A stretch of 64,000 nt of DNA, taken from Myxococcota bacterium (GTDB lineage Bacteria > Myxococcota_A > UBA796 > CAJQPC01). This document shows positions 16,289 through 26,185 of the stretch, in pieces (the stretch's first letter is position 1; each line of letters starts with the position of its first letter). The position numbers and the translations under genes were made by a program. The notes below the pieces were generated by a model. That model was not told the DNA's origin. It searched no databases and saw nothing but the letters and a program-made list of their open reading frames with translations. Location of the stretch: positions 64,001-128,000 of the forward strand of contig JAZAMN010000008.1 in NCBI GenBank assembly GCA_036229005.1. The letters run 5' to 3'.

Positions 16289-17977
16289 TCAGCCCGCCTT
16301 GCGCGCCGCTTGACCCGGGGCCCACTCGGCCAGGGCCCGCAGCAGGGCGTCGCGGTCGATCGGCTTGCTCAGGAAGGCGTCCATGCCTGCTTCGAGGCAG
16401 GCCTCGCGGTCTTCGGCGAATGCGCTGGCGGTGAGGGCGATGATGGGCCGGTCAAAGCCCTGCGCGCGCAAGGCGCGGGTGGCCGCCAGGCCGTCCATCA
16501 CGGGCATCTGCTGGTCCATGAGCACAAGGTCGATGTCTTCGGTGGCCAGCTCCAGCGCCTGCCGGCCGTTGGTGGCCACGGCGGTCTGGACGCCGGCGTG
16601 GCTGAGCTGGGCGACCACCACCTTGCGGTTGATGGGCTCGTCTTCGACTACCAGCACGCGCATCGCGGCCGGCAGCAGGGTGACCTCGTCGATGCCAGCG
16701 GGGGCTTCGGCCTGGGGGAGCAGGACCTTGGCCTGGAAGGTGGACCCCTGACCCTCCTGGCTGTCCAGCAGCCGCAGCGTCCCCCCCATCAGCGCGATCA
16801 GCCGCGCCGAGATCGCCAGCCCCAGCCCCGTTCCGCCGTAGCTGCGGTCCCGCCCCTGGTCGGCCTGGGCGAAGGCCTCGAAGATGAGGCTCTGGGCCTC
16901 GGCGGGGATGCCGACCCCGCTGTCCTGGACCTCGAGCTCCAGGTGCAGGCCCTGGCCGCTCTGCACCGCGCGCAGGCGCAGCTCCACGAAGCCGCGGTGG
17001 GTGAACTTGAGGGCGTTGGAGAGCAGGTTGACCAGCACCTGCCGCAGGCGCTGGGCGTCGCCGTGTACCCACAGGTGCTCGCCAGCGGGCAGCGCGGTGC
17101 GGAGCGTCACGCCCTTGGTCTTTGCGGTGGGCTGCAGCACGGAGACGACGTTGCGGCACAGGGCCAGCAGGTCAAAGGGCGCCTCCTCGAGCTGGATGCG
17201 GTCGGACTCCACTCGGGACAGGTCCAGCACGTCGTCCAGCAGCCCCAACAGGTGGCTCCCGGAGCGCTGGATCTGCTCGGCCATCTCCCGGTCCTCGGCG
17301 GGCAGAGGGCGCTCGCAGAGCAGGCCGGAGAGGCCGATGACGGCGTTGAGCGGGGTGCGGATCTCATGGCTCATGGTGGCCAGGAAGGTGCTCTTGGCCT
17401 GGCTGGCCACCTTGCTCTGGGCCTCGCTCGCCCGCAGGGCCTGGTTGCTGCGCTCCAGGGACTCGGCGCGCTCCAGGGCGATGCGGTGGAAGGCCAGGGT
17501 GATCCAGCCGCTGGCCACCGTCGCGCCCACGCTGGTGATCAGCAGGGAGGCCTGCATGCCCAGGTCCTCCCAGGTGGTGCGGGCCACGATCACCGGGAAC
17601 ACCGCCAGGGAGGCCCCCAGCCAGAACCGCCCCGAGCGCTGGCCGCCGGTGAGGGTGCCGAAGGGGGAGGCCACGATCAGCGCGGAGATCAGGGTGGTCT
17701 GCAGCCCGAACTGCCACGCAGAGCTCAGGGCCAGCAGCAGGATCAGGGTGGCCAGGATGTGCCCCACCAGGGCCATGCGGTGGGTCTTTCGGAGCAGCGC
17801 GGCCATGCCCCATGCGCTCAGCCAGAGCACCAGCGCCCGGTAGAAGCCGCTGGCCATCCCCTCCCCGCTGCCCACGGCTACGAAGGCGAGCGCTGCGACC
17901 GCCGCGAAGCCGCCGATCAGCATCAGGCCCTTGGTGAAGGCGGTCTCGAATGGGTGGCGCTCTGGTGGCATCTGCAC
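16289..17977 (-). CDS. membrane hybrid sensor histidine kinase (HisKA-HATPase-REC)
   Basis: FLATMSHEIRTPLN, NLLSNALKFT, DSGVGI, GTGLGL, VLMDQQMPVMDG. Confidence 0.92.
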   Translation of the reverse strand: MQMPPERHPFETAFTKGLMLIGGFAAVAALAFVAVGSGEGMASGFYRALVLWLSAWGMAALLRKTHRMALVGHILATLILLLALSSAWQFGLQTTLISALIVASPFGTLTGGQRSGRFWLGASLAVFPVIVARTTWEDLGMQASLLITSVGATVASGWITLAFHRIALERAESLERSNQALRASEAQSKVASQAKSTFLATMSHEIRTPLNAVIGLSGLLCERPLPAEDREMAEQIQRSGSHLLGLLDDVLDLSRVESDRIQLEEAPFDLLALCRNVVSVLQPTAKTKGVTLRTALPAGEHLWVHGDAQRLRQVLVNLLSNALKFTHRGFVELRLRAVQSGQGLHLELEVQDSGVGIPAEAQSLIFEAFAQADQGRDRSYGGTGLGLAISARLIALMGGTLRLLDSQEGQGSTFQAKVLLPQAEAPAGIDEVTLLPAAMRVLVVEDEPINRKVVVAQLSHAGVQTAVATNGRQALELATEDIDLVLMDQQMPVMDGLAATRALRAQGFDRPIIALTASAFAEDREACLEAGMDAFLSKPIDRDALLRALAEWAPGQAARKAG

Positions 17978-18037
17978 ATTCCATCGGACGACGGGTGCCT
18001 TTGCCAGAGCTTTGTTTTCTCCGCCCCCACCCTGCGC

Positions 18038-19516
18038 TCAGTCCATGTACCCCAATGCCCGCAGCCGCTCGCGCTCCGCCTCGCTCAGTCCGACCTCCTG
18101 CATGGCCGCTCCGGTGTGGGTCAGCGGGCCGCTCTGCTGTCCGGCCTTCACGGGCGGCTGCTCGCCGTGCTGGAGCTGGGCATCGACGGGGATCACGGCA
18201 AAGTCCAGGGGCTGGCCCACCTCCCAGGGCTGCGTCTGCAGCGCCCCTTGGGCGAAGATCGCTGCGTCCTGGGCGACGACGAGGCCAGGCTGGGCGTGCC
18301 AGGGGGTGCCCAGGGCGGAGATCAGCTCGGCCTCCAGGCGGGCGCGGTCCTCGGGGCGCTGGGCGGCCACGTCCTGGGTCTCCAGGGCGTCGGCGTAGAG
18401 GCGCTGGGTGCCGCTGACCAGGTCCCAGTCCAGGCGCAGGCCGTGGGCGTACCAGCCCAGGCGGTTGGTCTCAAAGCGGCTGGTGTCGCCCAGCAGGCCG
18501 CGCGCCGGGATGTCCTCGCCGGTGGAGAGGTTGTCCCAGAGGCTCAGGCCATCTCCGGTCCAGCCCTCCCCCAGGAGGGCGGCCAAGGTGGGGGCGATGT
18601 CCTGGGTGGCTACGGCCCCCTCCTCGACCTGGACCTTCACGCCGGGGCCCTGGACGATCAGCGGGACGTGGAGCTGCTCGGGGTTGAGGGTGTGGGCGTG
18701 GCCCCAGCTCCCGCGCTCGCCGAACTCTTCGCCGTGGTCGGCGGTCACCACGATCAGCGGCTGGCGGCCGGCGGCCCAGAAGGACTCGACGAGCTGGCGG
18801 AAGGCGTGGTCGACGTAGGCGATCTCCTCGTCGTACTGGGCGATCTGGTGCGCCATCTGCTCGTCGCCGACGGGGTGCTCCAGGTAGCGGAAGTAGTTCT
18901 TGTAGCGCAGGTCGCCCTTTTGGCCCTTGCGGTCGTACTTCTCCTCCCAGTCGCCGGGGGCGGCGTAGGGGTAGTGGACGTCGTAGACGTGCAGGAACAG
19001 GAACACCGGCTCGCCGGGGTGGTCGGCGGTGAACTGGGCGGCCGCGCCAAAGACCTGCTCGGCGTCGACGGTGCCCTTGAGGTTGTTCTTGCGGTTGACC
19101 CCGAAGTCGTCAAAGCGCTCAAAGCCGCGGGAGAACCCGAACTTGCGGCCCACAAAGAGGGTGGCCACGGCGGCCCCGGTGGCGTAGCCGGCCTGGGCGA
19201 AGCGCTCCTGGATCAAGGGCACCTGGTCGGGGATCCCGCCGCCGTCGTCGACCACGCCGTGGTGGATGGGGAGCTGCCCGCTCAGCATGGTGGTGTGGGT
19301 GGGCAGGGTCCAGGGGCTGGGGCTGCGCGCGCTCTCGTAGCGGGTGCCCTTGGCGGCGAGCTCGTCCAGGAAGGGCGTGGTGTCGCGGTGGTAGCCGTAG
19401 GCGCCCACGTGGTCGGCCCGCAGGGTGTCGATGGACAGCAGGATGACGTCGGGCTGGGCCCCACCGGCCGGGATGTCCGGGGTCTTGGTGCAGGCGAGCA
19501 GGAGGAGCCAGGTCAT
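18038..19516 (-). CDS. sulfatase-like / alkaline-phosphatase-superfamily lipoprotein
   Basis: MTWLLLLAC; ILLSIDTLRADH, PWTLPTH, YDVHYPY, TADHGEEF. Confidence 0.88.
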   Translation of the reverse strand: MTWLLLLACTKTPDIPAGGAQPDVILLSIDTLRADHVGAYGYHRDTTPFLDELAAKGTRYESARSPSPWTLPTHTTMLSGQLPIHHGVVDDGGGIPDQVPLIQERFAQAGYATGAAVATLFVGRKFGFSRGFERFDDFGVNRKNNLKGTVDAEQVFGAAAQFTADHPGEPVFLFLHVYDVHYPYAAPGDWEEKYDRKGQKGDLRYKNYFRYLEHPVGDEQMAHQIAQYDEEIAYVDHAFRQLVESFWAAGRQPLIVVTADHGEEFGERGSWGHAHTLNPEQLHVPLIVQGPGVKVQVEEGAVATQDIAPTLAALLGEGWTGDGLSLWDNLSTGEDIPARGLLGDTSRFETNRLGWYAHGLRLDWDLVSGTQRLYADALETQDVAAQRPEDRARLEAELISALGTPWHAQPGLVVAQDAAIFAQGALQTQPWEVGQPLDFAVIPVDAQLQHGEQPPVKAGQQSGPLTHTGAAMQEVGLSEAERERLRALGYMD

Positions 19517-20862
19517 TTCGGCAGGTACCCAGGCAGGAGGAACCAGGTCATCAGCGGCGTGCAGATGAGCAGGAGCAGGGTCGCGGCGACCAGGCGCCAG
19601 CGGGTGGCGCCCAGGGTCTGGAGGGTGCCCTTGGGGTCGGCGGCCAGGGCGGCGGTGAACACCAGGAACAGAGCGTCCAGAGGCACGCGGTAGCGGGAGA
19701 GGCCGGCGACCAGGCCGATGGCGGCGACGTGGTAGCCGACGATCAGCAGGGGCACCCACAGGCGCCAGGAGCGGGCCTTGCCGAAGGCGCCCACGATGCC
19801 GCCCAGCACGGCCGCGAAGGACCAGAGCCAGGTGGCCCACAGGATGGGCTCGCCGATCCACGCGGGCAGGTCCCAGCGCCCCTGGCGGATGTGCCGGGTG
19901 ACGAAGGAGTTGGGGTTGAAGAGCTGGGCCCAGCGCAGGGGGATGCGGCGGATGAACTCGCCAGGGTTGGCCGCGATCCAGGCCTTTCCGTTGGCGGTCT
20001 CGCAGGCGTCCCAGGCCTTGACCCCCAGCTCCAGATCGCAGTGGGGGCGCCCGGCGGCCGTGTGGGCGTCGTACTGGGTGACGTGCAGCGGCCCGACCCC
20101 GTAGTCGAAGGTGACCGGCGCAAAGTCGTTGTTCCCCAGCCACATCATCTGGCCCAGGGTCGCGTCCGAGAGGATCAGGCCCCCGAACCTGGCGCTCGCG
20201 TAGGCCGCGTAGGGAGCGACCACCGCCGCCGCGCCCAAGACCAGCGCCCCGGCGCCCAGCCAGGCCTTGGGCTCCTTGTGGCGCGCCCAGAGGAGGCCCA
20301 GAGCGAACAGCGGCAGCATGTAGGTGGCCACGCCGCGGAAGAGCACGCAGGTCCCCACCAGCACGCCGGGCAACAGAGCGCGGGCGATGCCCCCCTTGCG
20401 CGCCCAGCCCAGGGTCCACAGCGCCCCCAGCAGCAGGGTGGTGTAGATCGACTCGCTCCACAGGTGCCCGGAGAAGAACACCAGGGTCGGCGAGCACGCC
20501 AGCAGCCACGCCGCCCAGCGCCCGGCCTTGGGCCCCGCCAGCTCCCGCGCCAGCAGGTAGCCAAAGAGGATGGCCGCGGAGAAGAGCAGGATCTGCGTGC
20601 CCACGATGCTCTCGGCGAACCCGGTGAGCTTGGCGTGGCCGGCCATCAGAGTGGGGTAGCCCGGCGCCCACAGCCAGCCCCGCTCGCTGGCGGTCATGCC
20701 CTGCCCCTTGACCATGTTCTTGGCCAGGTGCATGTAGGTGCACTCATCGCGCACGCAGGGGTCGGACTGCCACATGGCCAGGGGCAGCACGCGCAGGAAG
20801 GCCCCCACGAGCATGGCCCACCACAGGGAGAAGTCACGGGTCCAGCGGGGGTCGTCGGCCAT
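19513..20862 (-). CDS. GT-C (ArnT/PMT-like) membrane glycosyltransferase
   Basis: DECTY, PGYP, WSESIY and many TM helices; ATGA coupling to the sulfatase-like gene. Confidence 0.75.
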   Translation of the reverse strand: MADDPRWTRDFSLWWAMLVGAFLRVLPLAMWQSDPCVRDECTYMHLAKNMVKGQGMTASERGWLWAPGYPTLMAGHAKLTGFAESIVGTQILLFSAAILFGYLLARELAGPKAGRWAAWLLACSPTLVFFSGHLWSESIYTTLLLGALWTLGWARKGGIARALLPGVLVGTCVLFRGVATYMLPLFALGLLWARHKEPKAWLGAGALVLGAAAVVAPYAAYASARFGGLILSDATLGQMMWLGNNDFAPVTFDYGVGPLHVTQYDAHTAAGRPHCDLELGVKAWDACETANGKAWIAANPGEFIRRIPLRWAQLFNPNSFVTRHIRQGRWDLPAWIGEPILWATWLWSFAAVLGGIVGAFGKARSWRLWVPLLIVGYHVAAIGLVAGLSRYRVPLDALFLVFTAALAADPKGTLQTLGATRWRLVAATLLLLICTPLMTWFLLPGYLPK

Positions 20863-20871
20863 CGCGGGCGT

Positions 20872-21738
20872 CTAACCGGTCTCCGTCTGCCAGCGGGCCA
20901 CTTCCTGCCGAAGGAAGTCCAGCACCGCGCGCAGCCGCGGCACCCCCCGGAGCTGGTGGTGGAACACCGCCCAGGCCTGCTCCTGTCCCGGGAGGGTCTG
21001 AAGCCGCTGCCAGCCCATGCCCCGGCCGATCAGGTCGCCCACCACCATCGCCCCAAGCCCTCGGTCGACCGCCTGGATCTGCACGCTCAAGGAGTTGCTG
21101 CGCAAGGCCCAGGAGGGGGAGGGATCCAGGTCCGCGAGCATCCTGGCCTGCCGAATGTGGCTGAACTCCACACTCCAACCCACCCAACGCGTCGGCATCG
21201 GCGAGGACAGGCTGGCCGCGAACGCCGGGTGCGCCCACACCCCGACGCCGCCCTCCCAGAGCTGGACCCCCACCAGCTCGGGGTGGGTTGGGGCGGCGGT
21301 GCGCAGGGCGAGCTCGGCCTGGCCGGCGACCAGGTCCACCACCCGCGCGGACTCCAGCAGCTCGACGTAGAGCTCGGGGTACTGGGCGTGCAGGCGGGGC
21401 AGGGCGGGCAGCAGCAGGAGCTCGGCGGCGCCGGGGGGGATGGCCACGCGCAGGCTGCCGCTGGGGGCGGCGTCCAGGGTGGCCAGAGCGCTGCGCAGAC
21501 CCCGGGCGCTGCGCTCCATGGCCTGGGCGTGGGGCAGGGCCTGCTCGCCGGCGGGGGTCAGGCTCAGGCCGCGGGGCCCCCGGTCAAAGAGGCGGTGGCC
21601 CAGGGCGTGCTCCAGGGCGGCCAGGCGGCGGGAGAGGGTGGCTTGGCCCAAGCCCAGCTCCCGGGCGGCTTCAGTCAGCGTGCCGCAGCGCGCGGCCACG
21701 GCAAAGAGCTGCAGGTCTCGCCAGAGTGCGGCGTCCAC
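20872..21738 (-). CDS. LysR-family transcriptional regulator
   Basis: WRDLQLFAVAARCGTLTEAARELGLGQATLSRRLAALEHALGHRLFDR. GTG 21738 preferred over the ORF-track start 21819. Confidence 0.9.
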   Translation of the reverse strand: MDAALWRDLQLFAVAARCGTLTEAARELGLGQATLSRRLAALEHALGHRLFDRGPRGLSLTPAGEQALPHAQAMERSARGLRSALATLDAAPSGSLRVAIPPGAAELLLLPALPRLHAQYPELYVELLESARVVDLVAGQAELALRTAAPTHPELVGVQLWEGGVGVWAHPAFAASLSSPMPTRWVGWSVEFSHIRQARMLADLDPSPSWALRSNSLSVQIQAVDRGLGAMVVGDLIGRGMGWQRLQTLPGQEQAWAVFHHQLRGVPRLRAVLDFLRQEVARWQTETG

Positions 21739-21746
21739 AAAGAGCC

Positions 21747-21760
21747 ATCCATTTATGAAT
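21747..21760. promoter_or_regulatory. candidate LysR-type binding box
   Basis: AT-rich imperfect dyad ATCCAT-TT-ATGAAT just upstream of the LysR gene, in the divergent intergenic region. Confidence 0.4.
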
Positions 21761-21857
21761 AGCAGGGTGCCAGTTTGGGCTATAGCTTGTCCATAACGGA
21801 TGGACAAAGTTGTGGACAAGCCCCGGGCGCTGGAGCCCGGGTTCAGGAGTTGTCCCC

Positions 21858-22739
21858 ATGTCCCTGCTCGCCTCTCTGCTCCCCGCCCTGCTCTCCGGCT
21901 GCGCGACCCCCCACCTGCCTGCGGCGCCCGTCGCGCTGGAGTCGGCCCCGGTGACCTCGCCGGCGCCCGATGTGACGCTGGGCGTGGAGACGCACGTGAT
22001 GGCCTCGCTGATGCTGCCCAGCGCGGGGGTGCTGGACCTGCAGGATCCCAAGGCGGTGGACTACACAGCCCCGGAGACCGAGGTCCTCCTCCTCCTCCAC
22101 CTCATCGAGCACCCGCAGCACGGGGTGTTCGCCATCGACACGGGGGTGGGGCAGGCGCCCGGCGAGCGCGTGGGGGGCGTGGGGCCGCTGATGGGCGCGG
22201 TGCTCAAGGATCTGGAGGTCCAGGAGAGCACCGCGGAGGCCCTGGACGGGCGGGCGCTGGCGGGGGTGTGGATGACGCACCTGCACAGCGACCACGTGCT
22301 GGGGCTGCCCGACATCCCGGCGGACGTGCCGCTGTGGGTGGGGCCGGCGGAGGGAACGGATCGCAGCGGGCAGAACCTCTTGCTGCGGCCGTGGATGAAG
22401 GACGCGTTCGGGGACCGGGCGCTGCAGGCGGTGGACCCGGCGCAGGCGCAGGCTTTTGGGCCGGTGGAGCTGGCCTGGGACTTCTTCGGGGACGGCTCGC
22501 TGTGGCTGCTGAGCACCCCGGGGCACACGGCGGGGAGCCTGGCGATCTGGGCGCGGACGGACCAAGGACCGGTGCTGTTTGTGGGCGACAACTCGCACAC
22601 GCGCTGGGGCTGGGAGCACGACGTGGCGCCCGGCAGCTACACCCACGACCACGCGGGGAACCGGGAGAGCCTGGGGGTGCTCAAGGAGCTGGCGGCGCTG
22701 GATCCGGCGACGCGGGTGGTGTTTGGGCACCAGCTCTGA
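21858..22739 (+). CDS. metallo-beta-lactamase-fold hydrolase (AHL-lactonase-like) lipoprotein
   Basis: LLSGC lipobox; IDTG, THLHSDH, TPGHTAGS, VGD, GH. Confidence 0.85.
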   Translation: MSLLASLLPALLSGCATPHLPAAPVALESAPVTSPAPDVTLGVETHVMASLMLPSAGVLDLQDPKAVDYTAPETEVLLLLHLIEHPQHGVFAIDTGVGQAPGERVGGVGPLMGAVLKDLEVQESTAEALDGRALAGVWMTHLHSDHVLGLPDIPADVPLWVGPAEGTDRSGQNLLLRPWMKDAFGDRALQAVDPAQAQAFGPVELAWDFFGDGSLWLLSTPGHTAGSLAIWARTDQGPVLFVGDNSHTRWGWEHDVAPGSYTHDHAGNRESLGVLKELAALDPATRVVFGHQL

Positions 22740-22787
22740 GCGCAACCCCGGGGGGGCCTCTGGCATCCTGCGGACAACGGAGGTCCC

Positions 22788-23585
22788 TTGCTCGCTCTAC
22801 TGCTGACCCTGGCCTGCGCTTCGGACACCCCGCTGGAGTCGGACAGCGCGGTGGAGGCCGACGCGGACACCGACGCCGACTCGGACACCGACACCGACGC
22901 GGATACCGATGCTGACGCCGACACGGACGTGCAGGTCGCCCTGACGGGGGTGATCACGGACCTGGACGGGGACCCCCTGACCGGCGCCCGCGTGCAGCTC
23001 TGTCAGGAGTCGTGTTGGTTCGCCGAGACGGACGCCACGGGGGCCTACACCTTCGGGGACCTGCCGGTGCAGACCTACGCCTGGGAGGTCGTGCCCGTCG
23101 GCGAGGACTGGCCGGTCGCGCTCGCGCCCTTGACCCTGAGCGAGGGGCTCTCCGTCGACCTGGCCATGCCCCGCTTGAACACGGGGGCGGCGATGCCTGA
23201 GACCCCCACCGAGGTGTCTCCGACGCCTGGCCTGTGGCTGACGATCTCCGGAGGCGAGCTCACGCTGCCCTTTGGCGCGGATGGGAGCATGGTGCGGGGC
23301 GCGCCGATCCCGCTGGAGCACCTGCCGCCGACCGAGGGGGTGAGCGGGACGATCGTGGGGGGCTGGTATCTGACCCCCTTCGACGCCCACCACGACGCTG
23401 GCGGAGTGCCCTTCCGGGTGGACGCCGCGCGCCTGGGGATCGGCGACGGAACCCAGGTGGAAGTCTGGTTCTCCCGCTACCTGGAGGCGGACTGGGTGCG
23501 GCTCGGGCCCTTCACCGTCCAGGACGGGCGGCTGGAGGGTACGGGGCTCTCCGTACTCTCTACGCTGCTGATCACGACGCCCTGA
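22788..23585 (+). CDS. lipoprotein with acidic DADTD repeat and carboxypeptidase-regulatory-like domain
   Basis: [43 protein letters not shown]...TDATGAYTF. Confidence 0.75.
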   Translation: MLALLLTLACASDTPLESDSAVEADADTDADSDTDTDADTDADADTDVQVALTGVITDLDGDPLTGARVQLCQESCWFAETDATGAYTFGDLPVQTYAWEVVPVGEDWPVALAPLTLSEGLSVDLAMPRLNTGAAMPETPTEVSPTPGLWLTISGGELTLPFGADGSMVRGAPIPLEHLPPTEGVSGTIVGGWYLTPFDAHHDAGGVPFRVDAARLGIGDGTQVEVWFSRYLEADWVRLGPFTVQDGRLEGTGLSVLSTLLITTP

Positions 23586-23622
23586 CCTCAAGGGTGGGGG
23601 GTCGGGGTTCGATGCGCTCTGT

Positions 23623-24999
23623 GTGACGACGAAGACCCCAACGCCGAACGCCGCGCAGCCCTGGAGCCTGGGCACTCTGCTGCGCGTGCTGGTTCTACCT
23701 GCCCCGCTCCTTCCCCTCGGGGTCCTCTTGGGGACCGCCGGGCCGGAGGGTCCAGATCCAACGCTGCTGGGTCGCGCGCTCATGGTCGGCGTCGCCCTGC
23801 TGTTGGTGGTGGGCGTGCTGTTGGAGCGCCTTCGCAGCGTCGGCATGGGGGTGCTCCGGGAGCGGGAGCGGGAGCTCTCCGAGGCGCTGGAGCGGGCCGA
23901 GGCGGGCAACCGCGCCAAGGACGCCTTCATGGCGAACATCAGCCACGAGGTGCGCACGCCCTTGAACGGGGTGCTGGGCATGACGCGCCTGCTGCTGGAT
24001 GGCCCCTTGGACTCGGAGCAGCGCGAGCTGGCGGAGTCCGGGCTGCGCTCTGGCGAAGACCTGCTGGGGCTGCTCACCCAGCTCCTGGATCTGGGCCGCC
24101 TGAGCGCCCGCCGCCTGGAGCTGGACCCCCGGCCGCTGTCGCTGTCCCAGTTCATGCAGGCGCTGGAGCAGCAGCACAGCGCGCGGGCCCAGAGCGTGGG
24201 GCTGGACTGGCGGGTCGAGGCCGATCTGCCCACCACCCAGATCTGGGTGCTCGCGGACGCGCCTCGACTGGAGCAGCTCGTGCAGGCCCTGGTGGACAAC
24301 GCCTTCAAGTTCACTCCGGACGGCGGGGTGCGGGTGACGCTGGCCTGGGATGGCGTGCTCCAGGTGGACGTGCAGGACACGGGCATCGGCATCCCCGAGA
24401 CGAACTGGGCGGCGCTGTTCGACCCCTTCTCGCAGGTGGACGGCAGCAGCACGCGGCGCTTTGGCGGCAGCGGCATGGGCCTGGCCATCGCGCAGCGGCT
24501 CTCCCGCCTGATGGGCGGAGATCTGAGCCTGCGCTCGACGGTGGGGCAGGGCAGCACCTTCACCCTGCGCTTGCCTCTGGAGGCCTGCGCGGCGCCCGAG
24601 CCCATGGTGGTCCCCGACGTAGACGCGCCCCTGAGGATCCTGCTGGTGGAGGACAACCCCGTGAACCAGCTCCTGGCGCGGCGCCTGCTGGAGCGTCACG
24701 GCCACCACGTGGAGGTCGCGGAGAACGGGGCCGTGGGTGTGGAGGCTGTCTCGGCCCACCGCTTCGACCTGGTGCTCATGGACTGCCAGATGCCCATCAT
24801 GGATGGCTACGAGGCCACCCGTAGGATCCGCGAGCTGGGCACACGCCTGCCCATCGTGGCGCTCACCGCCAACGCGATGGCCGGCGACCGGGAGCGCTGC
24901 CTGGCCGCCGGGATGGACGACTACCTGACCAAGCCGGTGGACCCGGAGCTGCTGGAGAGCACGATCCGGCAGCTCACCGGGGTGGAGCTGGCCGCGTAG
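23623..24999 (+). CDS. hybrid sensor histidine kinase (HisKA-HATPase-REC)
   Basis: [44 protein letters not shown]. Confidence 0.92.
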   Translation: MTTKTPTPNAAQPWSLGTLLRVLVLPAPLLPLGVLLGTAGPEGPDPTLLGRALMVGVALLLVVGVLLERLRSVGMGVLRERERELSEALERAEAGNRAKDAFMANISHEVRTPLNGVLGMTRLLLDGPLDSEQRELAESGLRSGEDLLGLLTQLLDLGRLSARRLELDPRPLSLSQFMQALEQQHSARAQSVGLDWRVEADLPTTQIWVLADAPRLEQLVQALVDNAFKFTPDGGVRVTLAWDGVLQVDVQDTGIGIPETNWAALFDPFSQVDGSSTRRFGGSGMGLAIAQRLSRLMGGDLSLRSTVGQGSTFTLRLPLEACAAPEPMVVPDVDAPLRILLVEDNPVNQLLARRLLERHGHHVEVAENGAVGVEAVSAHRFDLVLMDCQMPIMDGYEATRRIRELGTRLPIVALTANAMAGDRERCLAAGMDDYLTKPVDPELLESTIRQLTGVELAA

Positions 25000-25012
25000 C
25001 CGCCCGCGCCGA

Positions 25013-25537
25013 TCAGCCCTTGCGGGAGCTGACGCCGGTGGCCTCGAACTCGAAGACCTTGCCGTCCTGGGCGTTGGTCTTCTCGGGCATGTTCTCGGGG
25101 TGCTCCGACTCGCTGGCCAGGTGCTCGATGAACTCGGGGTCCAGCTCGCGGACGGTGACGGTGCCCTCGACCATGCAGTCCTGACCAGCGATGTCCATGT
25201 CGACGCCGAAGGCGTGGTCCTTCATGAGCACGCGCATGGTCTTGTCCTGGTCGGCGATCACCATCCAGCAGCCCTTGGCCTGGCAGACCTCTCCGATCTT
25301 GCCGCTGACCTTGAGGGTCTTGCCCTGGTACTCAGCGGGGTTGGCCAGCAGGGTGGCGGCGGGGGTCACCTGCTCGACGGTGAACTCCTCTCCCCAGTGC
25401 TTCCAGCCGTCGGCGTCGGCCTCGGCCTTGGGGGCTGCGGCCATGTCGGCCTGCTCCTGGACCAGCGCGGCGGACTTCTCGTCCTTGCTCTGGGGGGGCT
25501 CGGTGCTGCAGGCAAAGAGAAGCGTGAGGATCAGCAT
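25013..25537 (-). CDS. DUF4920-like lipoprotein
   Basis: MLILTLLFAC; VSGKIGEVCQAKGCWM; MRV.MKDHAF; FEATGV. Confidence 0.8.
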   Translation of the reverse strand: MLILTLLFACSTEPPQSKDEKSAALVQEQADMAAAPKAEADADGWKHWGEEFTVEQVTPAATLLANPAEYQGKTLKVSGKIGEVCQAKGCWMVIADQDKTMRVLMKDHAFGVDMDIAGQDCMVEGTVTVRELDPEFIEHLASESEHPENMPEKTNAQDGKVFEFEATGVSSRKG

Positions 25538-25608
25538 GTCGGATCTCCTGTTGAGCCGGCGATTAACCCGCCCGCCGCGCGAGATCCCCTCTCGGACAGG
25601 GGGTGCGA

Positions 25609-26055
25609 CTATTCGTCCTCCACCGCCTCATCGATCGTGCGCTCCAGCACCGGCTCGGCCTGGGGGCGGGGCGCGTCCTGGAAGCGCGCCGCCAGCGCCG
25701 CGATGGCGTCCTTGTCCATCCCGCAGGGGGCCGGCAGGGGGAACTGGCCGGGGTTGTCGGTGGGCACCAGGTGCACGTGCACGTGGGGGACCTCCCAGCC
25801 CATGACCGTGACGATCACGCGCTCGCAGCCCATGCGGGCCTGGATCTTGGCCTCCACCCGCCGCACGGCCTCCCACAGGGCGCCGTACTCCGCCGGGCTC
25901 AGGTCGAAGAGGTAGTCGACCTCGCGCTTGGGGATCACCAGGGTGTGCCCGGGGGCCACGGGCCGGATGTCCAGGAAGGCCAGGTGGTGCTCGTCCTCCC
26001 AGACCTTGTGGCAGGGGATCTCGCCAGCGACGATGCGGGAGAAGATGCTGGGCAT
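25609..26055 (-). CDS. HIT-family nucleotide hydrolase
   Basis: SIFSRIVAGEIP, FLDIRP..PGHTLVIPK, VPHVHVHLVP. Confidence 0.92.
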   Translation of the reverse strand: MPSIFSRIVAGEIPCHKVWEDEHHLAFLDIRPVAPGHTLVIPKREVDYLFDLSPAEYGALWEAVRRVEAKIQARMGCERVIVTVMGWEVPHVHVHLVPTDNPGQFPLPAPCGMDKDAIAALAARFQDAPRPQAEPVLERTIDEAVEDE

Positions 26056-26185
26056 GGGCGCTCCAAGTCAGGTGTCCTGGCGGCAGCATAGCGACTGGGA
26101 CGGGCGCTCGGGCGCTGGGGTCCGGGGGCGGCCTTAGGGGAGGCTCGGCCCTCCGGCGTTATCGGCGCTCACCCCGGAGAATCCG

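Noticed and set aside
15479..19693. 1404-aa + strand ORF and similar long ORFs (7981-11112, 12313-15084, 27674-30370, 35070-37079, 41610-43616)
   Set aside because: These are antisense shadows of clearly identifiable genes, typical of high-GC DNA.
18038..20743. 901-aa sulfatase fusion as given by the ORF track (similarly the extended ORFs 39215-41515, 30878-32329, 58161-59501)
   Set aside because: The N-terminal extensions overlap other real genes or are nonsense; downstream starts with an RBS, coupling or signal peptide are more credible.
21740..21830. Replication origin
   Set aside because: Only three box-like 9-mers in a ~120-bp gap, with no dnaA/dnaN/gidA context and no extended unwinding element.
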